The notes under the pieces are model-generated. The model saw only the letters and a list, made by a program, of their open reading frames with translations, ran no database searches and had not been told where the DNA came from. A stretch of DNA of 47,867 bases from Gemmatimonadaceae bacterium (GTDB taxonomy: Bacteria > Gemmatimonadota > Gemmatimonadetes > Gemmatimonadales > Gemmatimonadaceae), in assembly GCA_036826135.1 (NCBI GenBank), contig DAISWY010000001.1:1-47867 (forward strand), written 5' to 3'. Made by a program: the position numbers and the translations under genes. Positions 29,713 to 38,417 of the stretch are shown piece by piece. How positions within the stretch are numbered: position 1 is the first letter of the stretch; each line of letters begins with the position of its first letter.

Positions 29713-30708
29713 TCAAACGGCCGCGACGGGGCGGAGCTCGCCGACGACCGCTCCCCGCGTGTTGCGGATCCCCTTCCGGACGAACTCCGCGAGCCGAGGC
29801 GGGAGTTCCGACGGGAGCACCTGCAGTTGCTGGAGCGCCACCAGGACGGCGGCGTGCTGCGCCCGGAGCGCCCCGTCCTCGACCTTGAGCGCGAGCCCGA
29901 GCCCGAGCGACGGGACGGCGACGGAGTGGACCCCTTCGGCGCCGACCTTCGCGATGATGGCCCCATCGGTCTCCTGCAGCAGGAGCGTGTCGAACCGCTC
30001 CGTCCCGCCGAGCAGATGGGGATGCGCGCGCACCGCGGCGGCGATCCGCGCGGGCACCGGCTCGTCCGCGGCGATCGCGCGAGCCCAGCGCGCGTAGGCG
30101 AGCGCCATCCGCTCGAGCGGCAAGGCCATCACGGTGACCCCGCAGCCATCGACGCCAATGGGCATATCGTCGAGCGGGACGCCGGTCCAGGCCGAAACCT
30201 CGCCCAACGCATCTCGCTGCACGGGGTGGTCCGCGCCCTCGTAGCCGCGGAGGGACCAGCCGGCCGTCTTCGCGCGCGCGAGCATCGCAGCGTGCTTCCC
30301 GGAGCAGTTGTTGTGCAGCCGGGTCAGCGCGACCCCGCTCTCGCGCCACAGCTTCGCCCCGCGGGAGGACAACGGCTCATGGGGACCGCAGGCGAGGTCG
30401 CCTTCGTCGAGGCCGAGCGCGGCAAGCATCCGCGCCGCGACAGCGAGGTGCTCGGGCTCGCCGCCGTGCGAGGCACAGGCGAGCGCGAGCTCTTCCGTTC
30501 CCCACCCGAGGGCATCGAAGCCGCCGCTGGCGAGGAACGGCATCACTTGGAAGAACTTCGCGCAGGAGCGCCACATCGTGACGAGCCCGGGGTCGCGCGC
30601 CGCCGCGAGGAGCGTTTCGTCGGGCCCGATGACGGCGGCGTGGACGCGGTGCACAGATTCGACGATGTCGCCGCGGGTGACTTCGATGTCGAGACGGAGT
30701 GCGAGCAT
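29713..30708 (-). CDS. L-asparaginase II (Rhizobium etli AnsA type)
   Basis: RGDIVESVH, RSCAK, CASHGGE, HNNCSGKH, DGCG, AKVGAEG, KVEDG. Confidence 0.9.
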   Translation of the reverse strand: MLALRLDIEVTRGDIVESVHRVHAAVIGPDETLLAAARDPGLVTMWRSCAKFFQVMPFLASGGFDALGWGTEELALACASHGGEPEHLAVAARMLAALGLDEGDLACGPHEPLSSRGAKLWRESGVALTRLHNNCSGKHAAMLARAKTAGWSLRGYEGADHPVQRDALGEVSAWTGVPLDDMPIGVDGCGVTVMALPLERMALAYARWARAIAADEPVPARIAAAVRAHPHLLGGTERFDTLLLQETDGAIIAKVGAEGVHSVAVPSLGLGLALKVEDGALRAQHAAVLVALQQLQVLPSELPPRLAEFVRKGIRNTRGAVVGELRPVAAV

Positions 30709-30716
30709 GTCGAAGA

Positions 30717-32048
30717 CTAGTCGATTCGCGGCGAATCCGGCGACGAAGAGAGGAGGTCGAGGAGTCGTGCCCGGGTGTTCTGCGATGGGTCGGTCAACAC
30801 CGCCTCCAGGAGGTGTCGGAGGCGGAGCCCGATCGCGCGCCCTTCCACGATGCCGACCGCGCGCAGATCGTCCCCATCAACGGCGAGGTCAGCGATCGTG
30901 AGAGGGTCTCGCCACGCCGTCGCGAGGATCGCGCGATGCAGTCGACGCCACCGGTGCGCCAGGGCGGATCGCATCGTCACATCCTCCCCCGACAGGCTGC
31001 CGCGAGCCGCCGCGACCCGGATGGCCGCTGGTGCGGCCAGGCGCCCGACGGCCGCGACCCATCGACGCCGCTCGGCGGGATCTGCGAGCATCACCTCGAC
31101 GGCTGGGAGCGTCCCGACCCCACGCGCCACGTCGAGCGCGAGACGCATCTCCACGTTGCTGAAGCGGAGCGACTTCAGCGTCCGCTCGAGGGCCACCGCC
31201 GGCGCACTGCCTGGCTCCGCGAAGAGCGCAGCGAGACGGAGCGGCACCCGGGCGGGCCGACCCGCCAACGGGCGATGGGCGAGCGAATCAATGGCGAGGA
31301 ACCGTGCTGGGGGCGCCTCGTGGATCAGCGGCACGAGCGCGGCGAAGATGCCGGCGGCACGATACTGCTCGAGGGTGCGCGAGGGGCGTGCCACCTGCGC
31401 CATCACTTTCTCCAGCTCCTGCTTCACGCGCTCCATCGACAGGCGATGCAGATGCGGCGCGCTCTCGCAGATCGCGTCCCACGTCGTCGGGTCGATGGCG
31501 AAGTCGAACCGACCAGCGAACCGCAGGGCGCGCAGCGCGCGCAGCCGATCCTCCCGCATCCGCTCGGCCGGCGCGCCGACGGATCGAATGACGCGACCCT
31601 CCAAGTCGGCTCGCCCCCCAAACGGGTCCCGGACCTCGAGACGATCCGCGTGCACAGCGATGGCGTTGATGGTGAGATCGCGCCGGGCAAGATCCTCGTC
31701 CAACGAGGCACCGAAGCGCACCACCGCGTGGCGCCCGTCGGTTTCCACATCGTGTCGGAAGGTCGTCACCTCGTGGAGGACCCCATGCCGGTCGAGGACG
31801 CCAACCGTCCCGAAGGCGATGCCGACCGGCACCGTCCGCCGGAACAGGCGTTGCACCTCCTCTGGCCGGGCACTCGTCGCGATGTCCCAATCAAGGGTCG
31901 CGATGCCGAGGAAGGCGTCCCGCACCGCCCCGCCGACGCACCACGCCTCGTGACCCGCGCGCTCGAGGACGCGACAGATCTCCCGGACGGCGTCCGGCGG
32001 GACGAGGCGAGGGGCACGCGGCATCTCCGACACGATGGGAATGGTCAT
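30717..32048 (-). CDS. cca: Class II tRNA nucleotidyltransferase (CCA-adding enzyme)
   Basis: VGGAVRD, DWDIAT, EVTTFR, DLARRDLTINAIA, EDRLRALRALRF, SMERVKQEL; no HD domain seen. Confidence 0.88.
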   Translation of the reverse strand: MTIPIVSEMPRAPRLVPPDAVREICRVLERAGHEAWCVGGAVRDAFLGIATLDWDIATSARPEEVQRLFRRTVPVGIAFGTVGVLDRHGVLHEVTTFRHDVETDGRHAVVRFGASLDEDLARRDLTINAIAVHADRLEVRDPFGGRADLEGRVIRSVGAPAERMREDRLRALRALRFAGRFDFAIDPTTWDAICESAPHLHRLSMERVKQELEKVMAQVARPSRTLEQYRAAGIFAALVPLIHEAPPARFLAIDSLAHRPLAGRPARVPLRLAALFAEPGSAPAVALERTLKSLRFSNVEMRLALDVARGVGTLPAVEVMLADPAERRRWVAAVGRLAAPAAIRVAAARGSLSGEDVTMRSALAHRWRRLHRAILATAWRDPLTIADLAVDGDDLRAVGIVEGRAIGLRLRHLLEAVLTDPSQNTRARLLDLLSSSPDSPRID

Positions 32049-32051
32049 CGA

Positions 32052-33095
32052 TCAGGATGCGGGCGTCGAGGGGCTGGCGGAGCCCTGGAGCATCGCCGTC
32101 ACGGCGTCGAGAACCGCCGTCGGCGGGACGTCAGCGAGGCACCGATTGAATGCACACCGCGCGTAGCCGAAGCCGTCGTAACACGGAGCACACGGCAACC
32201 CTGCGGCCGCGGAGACGACGCGAACCGGCGCCCAGGCGGGGATACGCTCCTCTGGCCTCGTCGGCCCGAAAAGCGCGATCGTGGGCGTCCCGGTCATGAT
32301 CGCAAGATGCAGCGGTCCGGAATCATGTGTGAGGAGAAGCCGGGCGGCCGCGATCCGGTCGAGGGTCTCCGATACGGACTCGCGGCCGACACGGTCCACC
32401 ACCCCTGGCACCGCCCGTCGAATCGCATCCGCCTCGGCGACGTCACCAGATCCACCGATCAGGGTGACGTCGTGGCCGGAGGACACCAGTGCCTCCGCCA
32501 CCGTGACCCAATGGCCAATGGGCCACCGCCGGAGCGCGTCGTTGCGTAACACGTTACGGGCACCGCCGGGAGCGAGCAGGATGGCAGGTGAGTGAACCGC
32601 CCCCCCACGTAGTGTCGGCAGCGGTCGGTTCATCTCGGGCGGCTGCGGGGCGTCGACCCTCGTCGCCCTGAGCAGATCCGCATACTCGTCCCCCATCCAG
32701 CGGCGACGGAGCAGCCCCGCCGCGGCCCCGGCCTCTACCGAACGGAAGTGTCGACGGACCCGCGCGCGGGTCGCGCGGACGACGACGCCGTACCGAGCGT
32801 CCGAGTGGCAGACGAGCACCTCATCCCAGACGCCGGCCCCAATTCGCCACCAGCTCGTCAGCAGGGCGCGAGCTCGCGTGAGCATCCCTCCACGCAACAA
32901 CGCTTCGGCCGGTACCGCGACGACCTCCGTCACCCCATCGAACCGGCGGACGATGGGTGCCAGCGCTTCGTCGACGACCCAAGTGATTTTGGCGGCGGGC
33001 CAACGCGCCAGGATAGCGGGCACGAGGGTGCTGGCCATCACGACATCACCGAGGGCCCCCAGCTTGAGAATCAGGATGCGCGGGCCGTCGGTCAT
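32052..33095 (-). CDS. Glycosyltransferase family 9 (LPS heptosyltransferase-like)
   Basis: RILILKLGALGDVV, RRWP, THDSGPLHLA, TPTIALFGPT; ATG at 33095 overlaps the DMT gene stop. Confidence 0.92.
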   Translation of the reverse strand: MTDGPRILILKLGALGDVVMASTLVPAILARWPAAKITWVVDEALAPIVRRFDGVTEVVAVPAEALLRGGMLTRARALLTSWWRIGAGVWDEVLVCHSDARYGVVVRATRARVRRHFRSVEAGAAAGLLRRRWMGDEYADLLRATRVDAPQPPEMNRPLPTLRGGAVHSPAILLAPGGARNVLRNDALRRWPIGHWVTVAEALVSSGHDVTLIGGSGDVAEADAIRRAVPGVVDRVGRESVSETLDRIAAARLLLTHDSGPLHLAIMTGTPTIALFGPTRPEERIPAWAPVRVVSAAAGLPCAPCYDGFGYARCAFNRCLADVPPTAVLDAVTAMLQGSASPSTPAS

Positions 33096-33988
33096 CCGGC
33101 TGGGATCCGTTGACCGCGGGCGGCAACCGCGAGGCCACACAGGAGAATCGCCCCGCCGAGGAGCGTCGAAGGCGATGGAACCTCCCCAATCGCGGGGACG
33201 GCCCACGCGAGCACGGCGGCCCCAACAGGCTCGCCAAGGATTACGAGACTCACGACATAGGCGGGCACATACCGAAGCGCCCAATTGAAGCCCGTATGTC
33301 CCAGGAGCATCGGACCCGCCGCGATGGCGAGGAAGAGCGGCCAATCCCCCGCCGAGGTGGGCCGCGCTGGCGCGTTGGTGAGGACCACGAGGAGCAGGAC
33401 AACCAACCAGCAGGCCCCATAGACCAACCCGACGTACGACCAGAGCGGCAGACGCGCGCGCAGATGGCGACCCACCACGTAGTAGATCCCCACCGTGAGG
33501 GCGCCCACGATCGCGAGCAGGTTCCCGACGACCGACGACGGTCGCGCTCCGTCGGGGGCAACCTCCCCGACGGCGACGATCACACCGCCGACCATCGCGA
33601 GCACAAGTCCCAGGCCCTCCGCCCGCGTCGCGCGTTCCCCGAGGAGCCAGGCCGAGCCGGTGACGATGATCAGCGGGTGCAGATTCACCAGCACCACGCT
33701 CGCGGCGACCGACGTCAGCCCGAGGGAGGCGATCCAGCTCCAAAAGTGGAGCGCGAGGGCGGCCCCGGCCGCCGCGGCGAGCCCAAGGTCCCGACGAGAC
33801 ACCGTGCGGAGTGCGCGCCATTCCTCCGTCCATGCGAGTGCTACCGCGACGATGGCGAGCGAGAAGGTCAATCGCCAGAAGGCAATCGTGAGCGGCGGCG
33901 AGGTCGCCAATCGGGCCAGGGGCCCGCTGGTGGACAGGCCGACGACCCCGAGACACAAGACCACCGGGAGGAGCCGGGGTGCGCGCAT
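33092..33988 (-). CDS. EamA/DMT family transporter
   Basis: About ten hydrophobic segments; AFWRL, HFWSWIASL, LGHTGFNWAL, LGEPVGA. Confidence 0.9.
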   Translation of the reverse strand: MRAPRLLPVVLCLGVVGLSTSGPLARLATSPPLTIAFWRLTFSLAIVAVALAWTEEWRALRTVSRRDLGLAAAAGAALALHFWSWIASLGLTSVAASVVLVNLHPLIIVTGSAWLLGERATRAEGLGLVLAMVGGVIVAVGEVAPDGARPSSVVGNLLAIVGALTVGIYYVVGRHLRARLPLWSYVGLVYGACWLVVLLLVVLTNAPARPTSAGDWPLFLAIAAGPMLLGHTGFNWALRYVPAYVVSLVILGEPVGAAVLAWAVPAIGEVPSPSTLLGGAILLCGLAVAARGQRIPAG

Positions 33989-34014
33989 GGGCGAACGATG
34001 GCAACTTTCCCGAT

Positions 34015-35001
34015 ATGCCGAAACCCCTCGCCGTCTCTCGCGATCGACTGGAGGCCCTCCTCTCGGCGCCCGCCGCACGGCGCTTGCGCATCGCCGTGAT
34101 CGGCGATGTGATGCTGGACACCTACCTCCGCGGTGACGTGGAGCGCATCTCCCCCGAGGCCCCCGTACCGGTCGTGCGCGTCGCATCGCGGACCCACGCC
34201 CTCGGTGGTGCGGCGAACGTCGCGCAGAACGTCGCGGCGCTGGGTGCGACTCCAGTGGTGGTCGCCACGGTGGGCACGGATGCGGCCGCCGAGCAACTGC
34301 GTGTGATGCTGGACGCGCTCGCAGCCGACACCGCGGGAGTGCTCACCACCACGCGCCCCACCACCACGAAGACGCGCGTGGTCGCCCGCGGTCAGCAGGT
34401 CGTGCGGGTCGATGAGGAGGTCGATTCCCCGCTGGGACCCGCCATCGAGGCCACTCTCAAAGCGGCGGTGGACGTTGCCATCACGTCGGCGGATGCGATC
34501 GTATTGGAAGATTACAACAAGGGGGTCCTCTCCGAACCCGTGATCCGACACGCGATCGCCGCGGCCCAGGCGAAGACCATCCCGGTGGTCGTCGATCCCA
34601 AGTATCGGAACTTCTTTGCCTACGGCGGCGCGACGGTGTTCAAGCCAAACCGGCGCGAGCTCGAAGCTGCCCTCGGCGCCTCGCTCGATCTCACGCACCC
34701 GGACGCTTTGGTCGACGTCGTCTCGCGCTTGGGGGTCGAGCGGCTCCTCCTGACCCTCGGTGAGCACGGCATGGCCTTGGTGACGCCCTCGGGCACGGTC
34801 GAGCGCATCCCAGCCGTGGCTCGTGAGGTCTTCGACGTGGTGGGCGCTGGTGACACCGTGACGGCCTACCTAGCGACGATGCTTGCCGCCGGGGCTTCGT
34901 CCGAGGAGGCCGCCATCATCGCCAACGTTGCGGCGGGCTTGCAGGTCGGCAAGGCGGGCGCGGCGACGGTCTCGGCGGCCGAGGTTCGCGATGCGTGGTG
35001 A
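34015..35001 (+). CDS. rfaE1: D-glycero-beta-D-manno-heptose-7-phosphate kinase (RfaE domain I/HldA)
   Basis: GDVMLDTY, RISPEAPVPV, GGAANVAQN, DYNKG, KPNRRE, DVVGAGDT; no adenylyltransferase domain. Confidence 0.93.
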   Translation: MPKPLAVSRDRLEALLSAPAARRLRIAVIGDVMLDTYLRGDVERISPEAPVPVVRVASRTHALGGAANVAQNVAALGATPVVVATVGTDAAAEQLRVMLDALAADTAGVLTTTRPTTTKTRVVARGQQVVRVDEEVDSPLGPAIEATLKAAVDVAITSADAIVLEDYNKGVLSEPVIRHAIAAAQAKTIPVVVDPKYRNFFAYGGATVFKPNRRELEAALGASLDLTHPDALVDVVSRLGVERLLLTLGEHGMALVTPSGTVERIPAVAREVFDVVGAGDTVTAYLATMLAAGASSEEAAIIANVAAGLQVGKAGAATVSAAEVRDAW

Positions 35002-35584
35002 CGTCCCACTGCTCCGGCTCGGTTGCGTCGCGCTCGTGCTCGGGTCGACGGGCCCGCTCGCCGCGCAGCCTGCAGTGGCCGCTGGAGTCCGCACCGTGGT
35101 CGGGGCGCACGACCCGGGCCACGTCGACGGCGCGGACGCGATCCCCGGACTCGAGGTCCGAAGCTGGTACGACGGGCGAACCCGACGTGCGTCTTGGCGG
35201 TGGCGAACCGAAGTCGCGTACACCCAGCTCCGCCGCCCGAGGCAGGATGCCCTCGGGCGCTACACCCTGAACGAGAACGGCTTTGATCTGCACGTCGGGC
35301 TTCGGCGCGCGTTCCGCGTCGCCACCGCGACCGGCTACGCGGTGGCGGGTCCCGTGCATTCGATTCGGGCCGCGTGCGGCGTGGATTCGAACATCGACGG
35401 CAACGGGCGCGTCCCATGCCCTGACGGGCCCACGCAGCGACTCGGGGGCCTTCTGGGCGTCGGCCTCCGCGTCACGTCCGGCTCGACCTACGAGTGGCTC
35501 GTGGAGGGACGAGTCCTCCGCGGTACGGTCGGCGCCCCGACCGGAACGACCTTCTCCTTCTCGGTCGGATTACAGCGGCGCTGA
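34991..35584 (+). CDS. Secreted hypothetical protein, probable small outer-membrane beta-barrel
   Basis: Signal peptide (..CVALVLGSTGPLAA|Q), alternating beta-strand patterns, a Cys pair in a loop and C-terminal FSFSVGL. Confidence 0.6.
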   Translation: MRGDVPLLRLGCVALVLGSTGPLAAQPAVAAGVRTVVGAHDPGHVDGADAIPGLEVRSWYDGRTRRASWRWRTEVAYTQLRRPRQDALGRYTLNENGFDLHVGLRRAFRVATATGYAVAGPVHSIRAACGVDSNIDGNGRVPCPDGPTQRLGGLLGVGLRVTSGSTYEWLVEGRVLRGTVGAPTGTTFSFSVGLQRR

Positions 35585-35628
35585 CGACGCTCCGGGGTCT
35601 TCTCGCGTGGGGTGACGGGCCACGAACG

Positions 35629-35666
35629 GCGAAGGGCGGATTCTCGTCAGAGAACCCGCCCTTCGC
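35629..35666. terminator. Hairpin terminator between convergent genes
   Basis: GCGAAGGGCGG-ATTCTC-GTCA-GAGAAC-CCGCCCTTCGC inverted repeat. Confidence 0.7.
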
Positions 35667-35692
35667 TTACACAGTGCCAACCTTACCTTGCC

Positions 35693-36253
35693 TTACGAGG
35701 CGCCAGCCGCGCGCGAGATGGTCATCAACGCGTGCCGAACGCCCGCCATCGCGGCCGGCGGGCTCGCCGGGCCACCGGCGATCGCGTTGTTGTACGCCGT
35801 GATCGCGCTCTGCAGGGCCGCCAGCCGCGCCACAGGCGTCCGCGCATTGTTGACATCCGCGAGACTCTGTGCGAGCTGAGACGAGACACCAGCCGGGATT
35901 CCGGATCCCTGAAGAATCGTCGCCAGCTGGGCACCGTTTCCACCAAGCGCCGCAGCGATGGCACCGGCAGTCTGAGCAGGCACCGTCACCGTTCCACCGC
36001 CGGGGGCCGTGACTGTGACGCCCCCGGAAGCCGAGAAGGTGGTGACCAGGCTCGCCGCCGCCGTCGAGACAGCCGCACCTGCGGCATTGGTGGCAGCAGG
36101 CGACGTCGCCGGAACGCCGAACGGCGCGACGCCACCGCCCGCCCCGCCCCCGATGGCCGGGATGGTGAAGTCCGAGCCGGAACCACCCTGCGCCTGCGCC
36201 ACCGACGCGAGGAGGGCCAGCGCGAGCGAAACCTTCGAAAGAGAGCCGGTCAT
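35693..36253 (-). CDS. Secreted Ala/Gly-rich hypothetical protein
   Basis: MTGSLSKVSLALALLASVAQA|Q signal peptide, low-complexity N-half and helical C-half; GC-rich codon pattern. Alternative start at 36295. Confidence 0.75.
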   Translation of the reverse strand: MTGSLSKVSLALALLASVAQAQGGSGSDFTIPAIGGGAGGGVAPFGVPATSPAATNAAGAAVSTAAASLVTTFSASGGVTVTAPGGGTVTVPAQTAGAIAAALGGNGAQLATILQGSGIPAGVSSQLAQSLADVNNARTPVARLAALQSAITAYNNAIAGGPASPPAAMAGVRHALMTISRAAGAS

Positions 36254-36304
36254 GGCAGTGTAAAGAGAGGGGAAAAGAGAGGTCAGCTGTTGCATGGGGT
36301 CACC

Positions 36305-37897
36305 TCAGGGCAGCGGGGTGAGTTCCACGCGGCGGTTCTTCGCGCGGTTGGCCGGCGTCGAGTTCGGGACCAGGGGCTTCTGGCTTCCATACCCCTTCGC
36401 CGTCAGACGCGCCGCATCGATTCCCTTCGAGATCAGGTAGGCGCGGACCGCGTTCGCCCGAGCCTGCGAGATCCGGACATTGCCAGCCGCCTGCCCCGTG
36501 TTGTCGGTGTATCCACCAACCTCCACGCGGAGCGCCGGCTCGTCCTTGAGCTGCTGCACAATGACGTCGAGGCGCGCCCGGGACTGCGGACCGACCACCG
36601 AGGAACCGGACGGGAAGGCGACGCCTTCCAGCACGAGTGTCCTCGAGGTGGCGAAGACCGACGGGCAGCCAAGGGGGTTCACCGCCGAGCCGGCCGGGGT
36701 GTTCGCGCAACGGTCATTCGCATCAATAACGCCATCCTTGTCGGCGTCGGGCGGCGGAGGCACGCAGCCGTTGGCCGTCACCGCAGTCCCGGCCGGGGTG
36801 TTCGGGCACGCATCGACCTCGTTGGGGACGCCATCCTTGTCGTCGTCCGGCGGCGGAAGCGGGCACCCACTGCCATCAACCGCCACGCCCGTGGCCGTGT
36901 TCGGGCAGGTGTCCTTCGCGTTCGCAACGCCGTCCGCATCGTCATCAGGCGGCGGGAGCGGGCACCCGCGAGCGTCGACCGGCGTGCCGATCGTCGTGTT
37001 CGGGCACGCATCCGCCGTGTCCGGAGTACCGTCGGTGTCCGCATCGGGGGCCGGGCGCTCCTCAGCAACCACCGGCACCGGAATCGCGACGCCCGGCTCG
37101 CCGGCCGGCGCGACAACCGCGGGGCGGCGACCCGGCGTGAAGCTCATCCCCACGCCCAGCGTCATCCGCATGCCGTCGCCGGCCATCCCGAGCACATCGA
37201 CCAGCGCGGGCGAGATGGTGATGGGCAGCGACCGGAAGGGCGCGAAAGAAAGGCCAAGGTTGAGATCCTGACCGGAGTAGTCGGCGATCATCGACATCGT
37301 CGGCATCACGCGAATGGCCGCCGAGGCGAAGACGCCCACGCCACTCTGGTCGGTCACATCTTCCGGCGCGAACCGCGTCGTGCCGATCCCGCCGTTCAGG
37401 GTGACCATCTTCCCTGCCACATCCGTCACCGTGGAGACGGCGGCGTAGTAGGACGGGTCGACCGTCGCCTCACCCGCCAGCGAGATCCCCTCAACGCCAA
37501 GGCCGATACCGACGCCGTTGCTGAGCGTCCGATGCGCCTTGAACGCGCCGTACATGCGCTCCGTGAAGCCAGACCGGATCGTCGAGGCCGACGCCACGAC
37601 CACCTCGAGCGCCACCTTCTTCGCGTCGAAGAAACCGGCACCGAACGAGAGCGAGCCGTCCGGGTCTCCGCCGTACCGCGTCGAGTTCTGGTATCCGACG
37701 CCGACAAAATAGTTGCCGGCGCTCGGACCGAAGCCGAGCGGCGAGCTGGCGGTGACGCCAGGCTGCGCGCGCCCCATGTCCGCGCCGATCGCTGTGGGCA
37801 TGGGAAGGAGCCAAGACTCGCGGCCCTGCGAGGCGACGATGCTCGGGAACGCGAGCAGGGCCGCGGCGAGGAGCGAGGACTGGGGACGAAGGAACAT
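36305..37897 (-). CDS. Outer-membrane protein: N-terminal beta-barrel, four TSP3 Ca-binding repeats and an OmpA-like peptidoglycan-binding domain
   Basis: Signal peptide; beta-strand-rich N-half; DxDxDGxxD/NxxDxCP/ANT four times; VEVGGYTDNTG...SQARANAVRAYL...GYG...NRRVE. Confidence 0.9.
   Translation of the reverse strand: MFLRPQSSLLAAALLAFPSIVASQGRESWLLPMPTAIGADMGRAQPGVTASSPLGFGPSAGNYFVGVGYQNSTRYGGDPDGSLSFGAGFFDAKKVALEVVVASASTIRSGFTERMYGAFKAHRTLSNGVGIGLGVEGISLAGEATVDPSYYAAVSTVTDVAGKMVTLNGGIGTTRFAPEDVTDQSGVGVFASAAIRVMPTMSMIADYSGQDLNLGLSFAPFRSLPITISPALVDVLGMAGDGMRMTLGVGMSFTPGRRPAVVAPAGEPGVAIPVPVVAEERPAPDADTDGTPDTADACPNTTIGTPVDARGCPLPPPDDDADGVANAKDTCPNTATGVAVDGSGCPLPPPDDDKDGVPNEVDACPNTPAGTAVTANGCVPPPPDADKDGVIDANDRCANTPAGSAVNPLGCPSVFATSRTLVLEGVAFPSGSSVVGPQSRARLDVIVQQLKDEPALRVEVGGYTDNTGQAAGNVRISQARANAVRAYLISKGIDAARLTAKGYGSQKPLVPNSTPANRAKNRRVELTPLP
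36665..37047 (-). repeat. Four tandem ~102-bp TSP3-type coding repeats
   Basis: DADTDGTPDTADACPNT, DDDADGVANAKDTCPNT, DDDKDGVPNEVDACPNT and DADKDGVIDANDRCANT, each followed by a ..V...GC segment. Confidence 0.85.
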
Positions 37898-37986
37898 CTG
37901 GGGATCTCCGCGGAAGTGGAGAGAGATTGGATAACTGCTGTGGAATCTGGTGATGCCGGACCAGATACCTACTTTGACTCGAGATG

Positions 37987-38015
37987 AATGTCCGGCCCGC
38001 GCGGCAATCTGTCAA
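37987..38015 (-). promoter_or_regulatory. Promoter for the OmpA-fusion operon
   Basis: TTGACA (38015-38010), 17 nt spacer, GACATT (37992-37987). Confidence 0.5.
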
Positions 38016-38163
38016 GAGAGGCTTCACCACGCCGAACACCCAGGCATCGCCTGACGTGGGCCGGAGCCGGCTGCTAGTGCGACGAGCACAGGAGGCCGCA
38101 GTCCCGTTCGAGGGCCCGCACACTGCCCCACGTCCCTGCGACGAGGGTTAGCTTTCCGAGGTC

Positions 38164-38236
38164 GGGCCCATAGCTCAGCGGTTAGAGCAGCGGACTCATA
38201 ATCCGTCGCGCGCAGGTTCGAATCCTGCTGGGCCCA
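38164..38236 (+). tRNA. tRNA with anticodon CAT, probably tRNA-Ile2 (lysidine); CCA not encoded
   Basis: GGGCCCA/TGGGCCC acceptor stem, anticodon loop CTCATAA, GTTCGAATC T-arm. G1-C72 pairing rules out the initiator; C4-G69 and C5-G68 are TilS determinants. Confidence 0.9.
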
Positions 38237-38318
38237 CTTGGTAATGGCGCCCCTCCGTCCGGCCGAACCGCGCGGAGGGCTGTACCATTCATGCGTGCGT
38301 TGTTAATCTACCGTCGTC

Positions 38319-38392
38319 GGGCGCGTAGCTCAGCTGGTTAGAGCGCTGCTTTCACACAGCAGAGGTCGGGGGTTCGAGTCCCTCCGCGCCCA
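38319..38392 (+). tRNA. tRNA-Val(CAC); CCA not encoded
   Basis: GGGCGCG/CGCGCCC acceptor stem, CTGCT-TTCACAC-AGCAG anticodon arm, GTTCGAGTC T-arm. Confidence 0.95.
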
Positions 38393-38417
38393 TCAGTGCC
38401 ACCGGCAGGACGAGTGG

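Noticed and set aside
32052..34121. 689-aa ORF as a GT9 fusion; likewise the extended ORFs 27805-29190, 44384-46000 and 22267-23025
   Set aside because: The N-terminal extensions overlap neighbouring real genes in another frame, and the true starts sit at stop/start overlaps or short spacers.
36665..37047. Regularly spaced repeats considered as a CRISPR array
   Set aside because: They are in-frame degenerate TSP3 coding repeats with no identical repeat-spacer structure, and there are no cas genes.
37927..37948. TTGGATAAC and TGTGGAATC as additional DnaA boxes
   Set aside because: They have two or more mismatches, are not clustered, and lie in the leader of the OmpA-fusion gene.
38164..38236. 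CAT-anticodon tRNA as tRNA-Met or fMet
   Set aside because: It lacks the initiator C1:A72 mismatch and the GGG/CCC anticodon stem. The acceptor stem fits Ile2 better, although elongator Met is not fully excluded.
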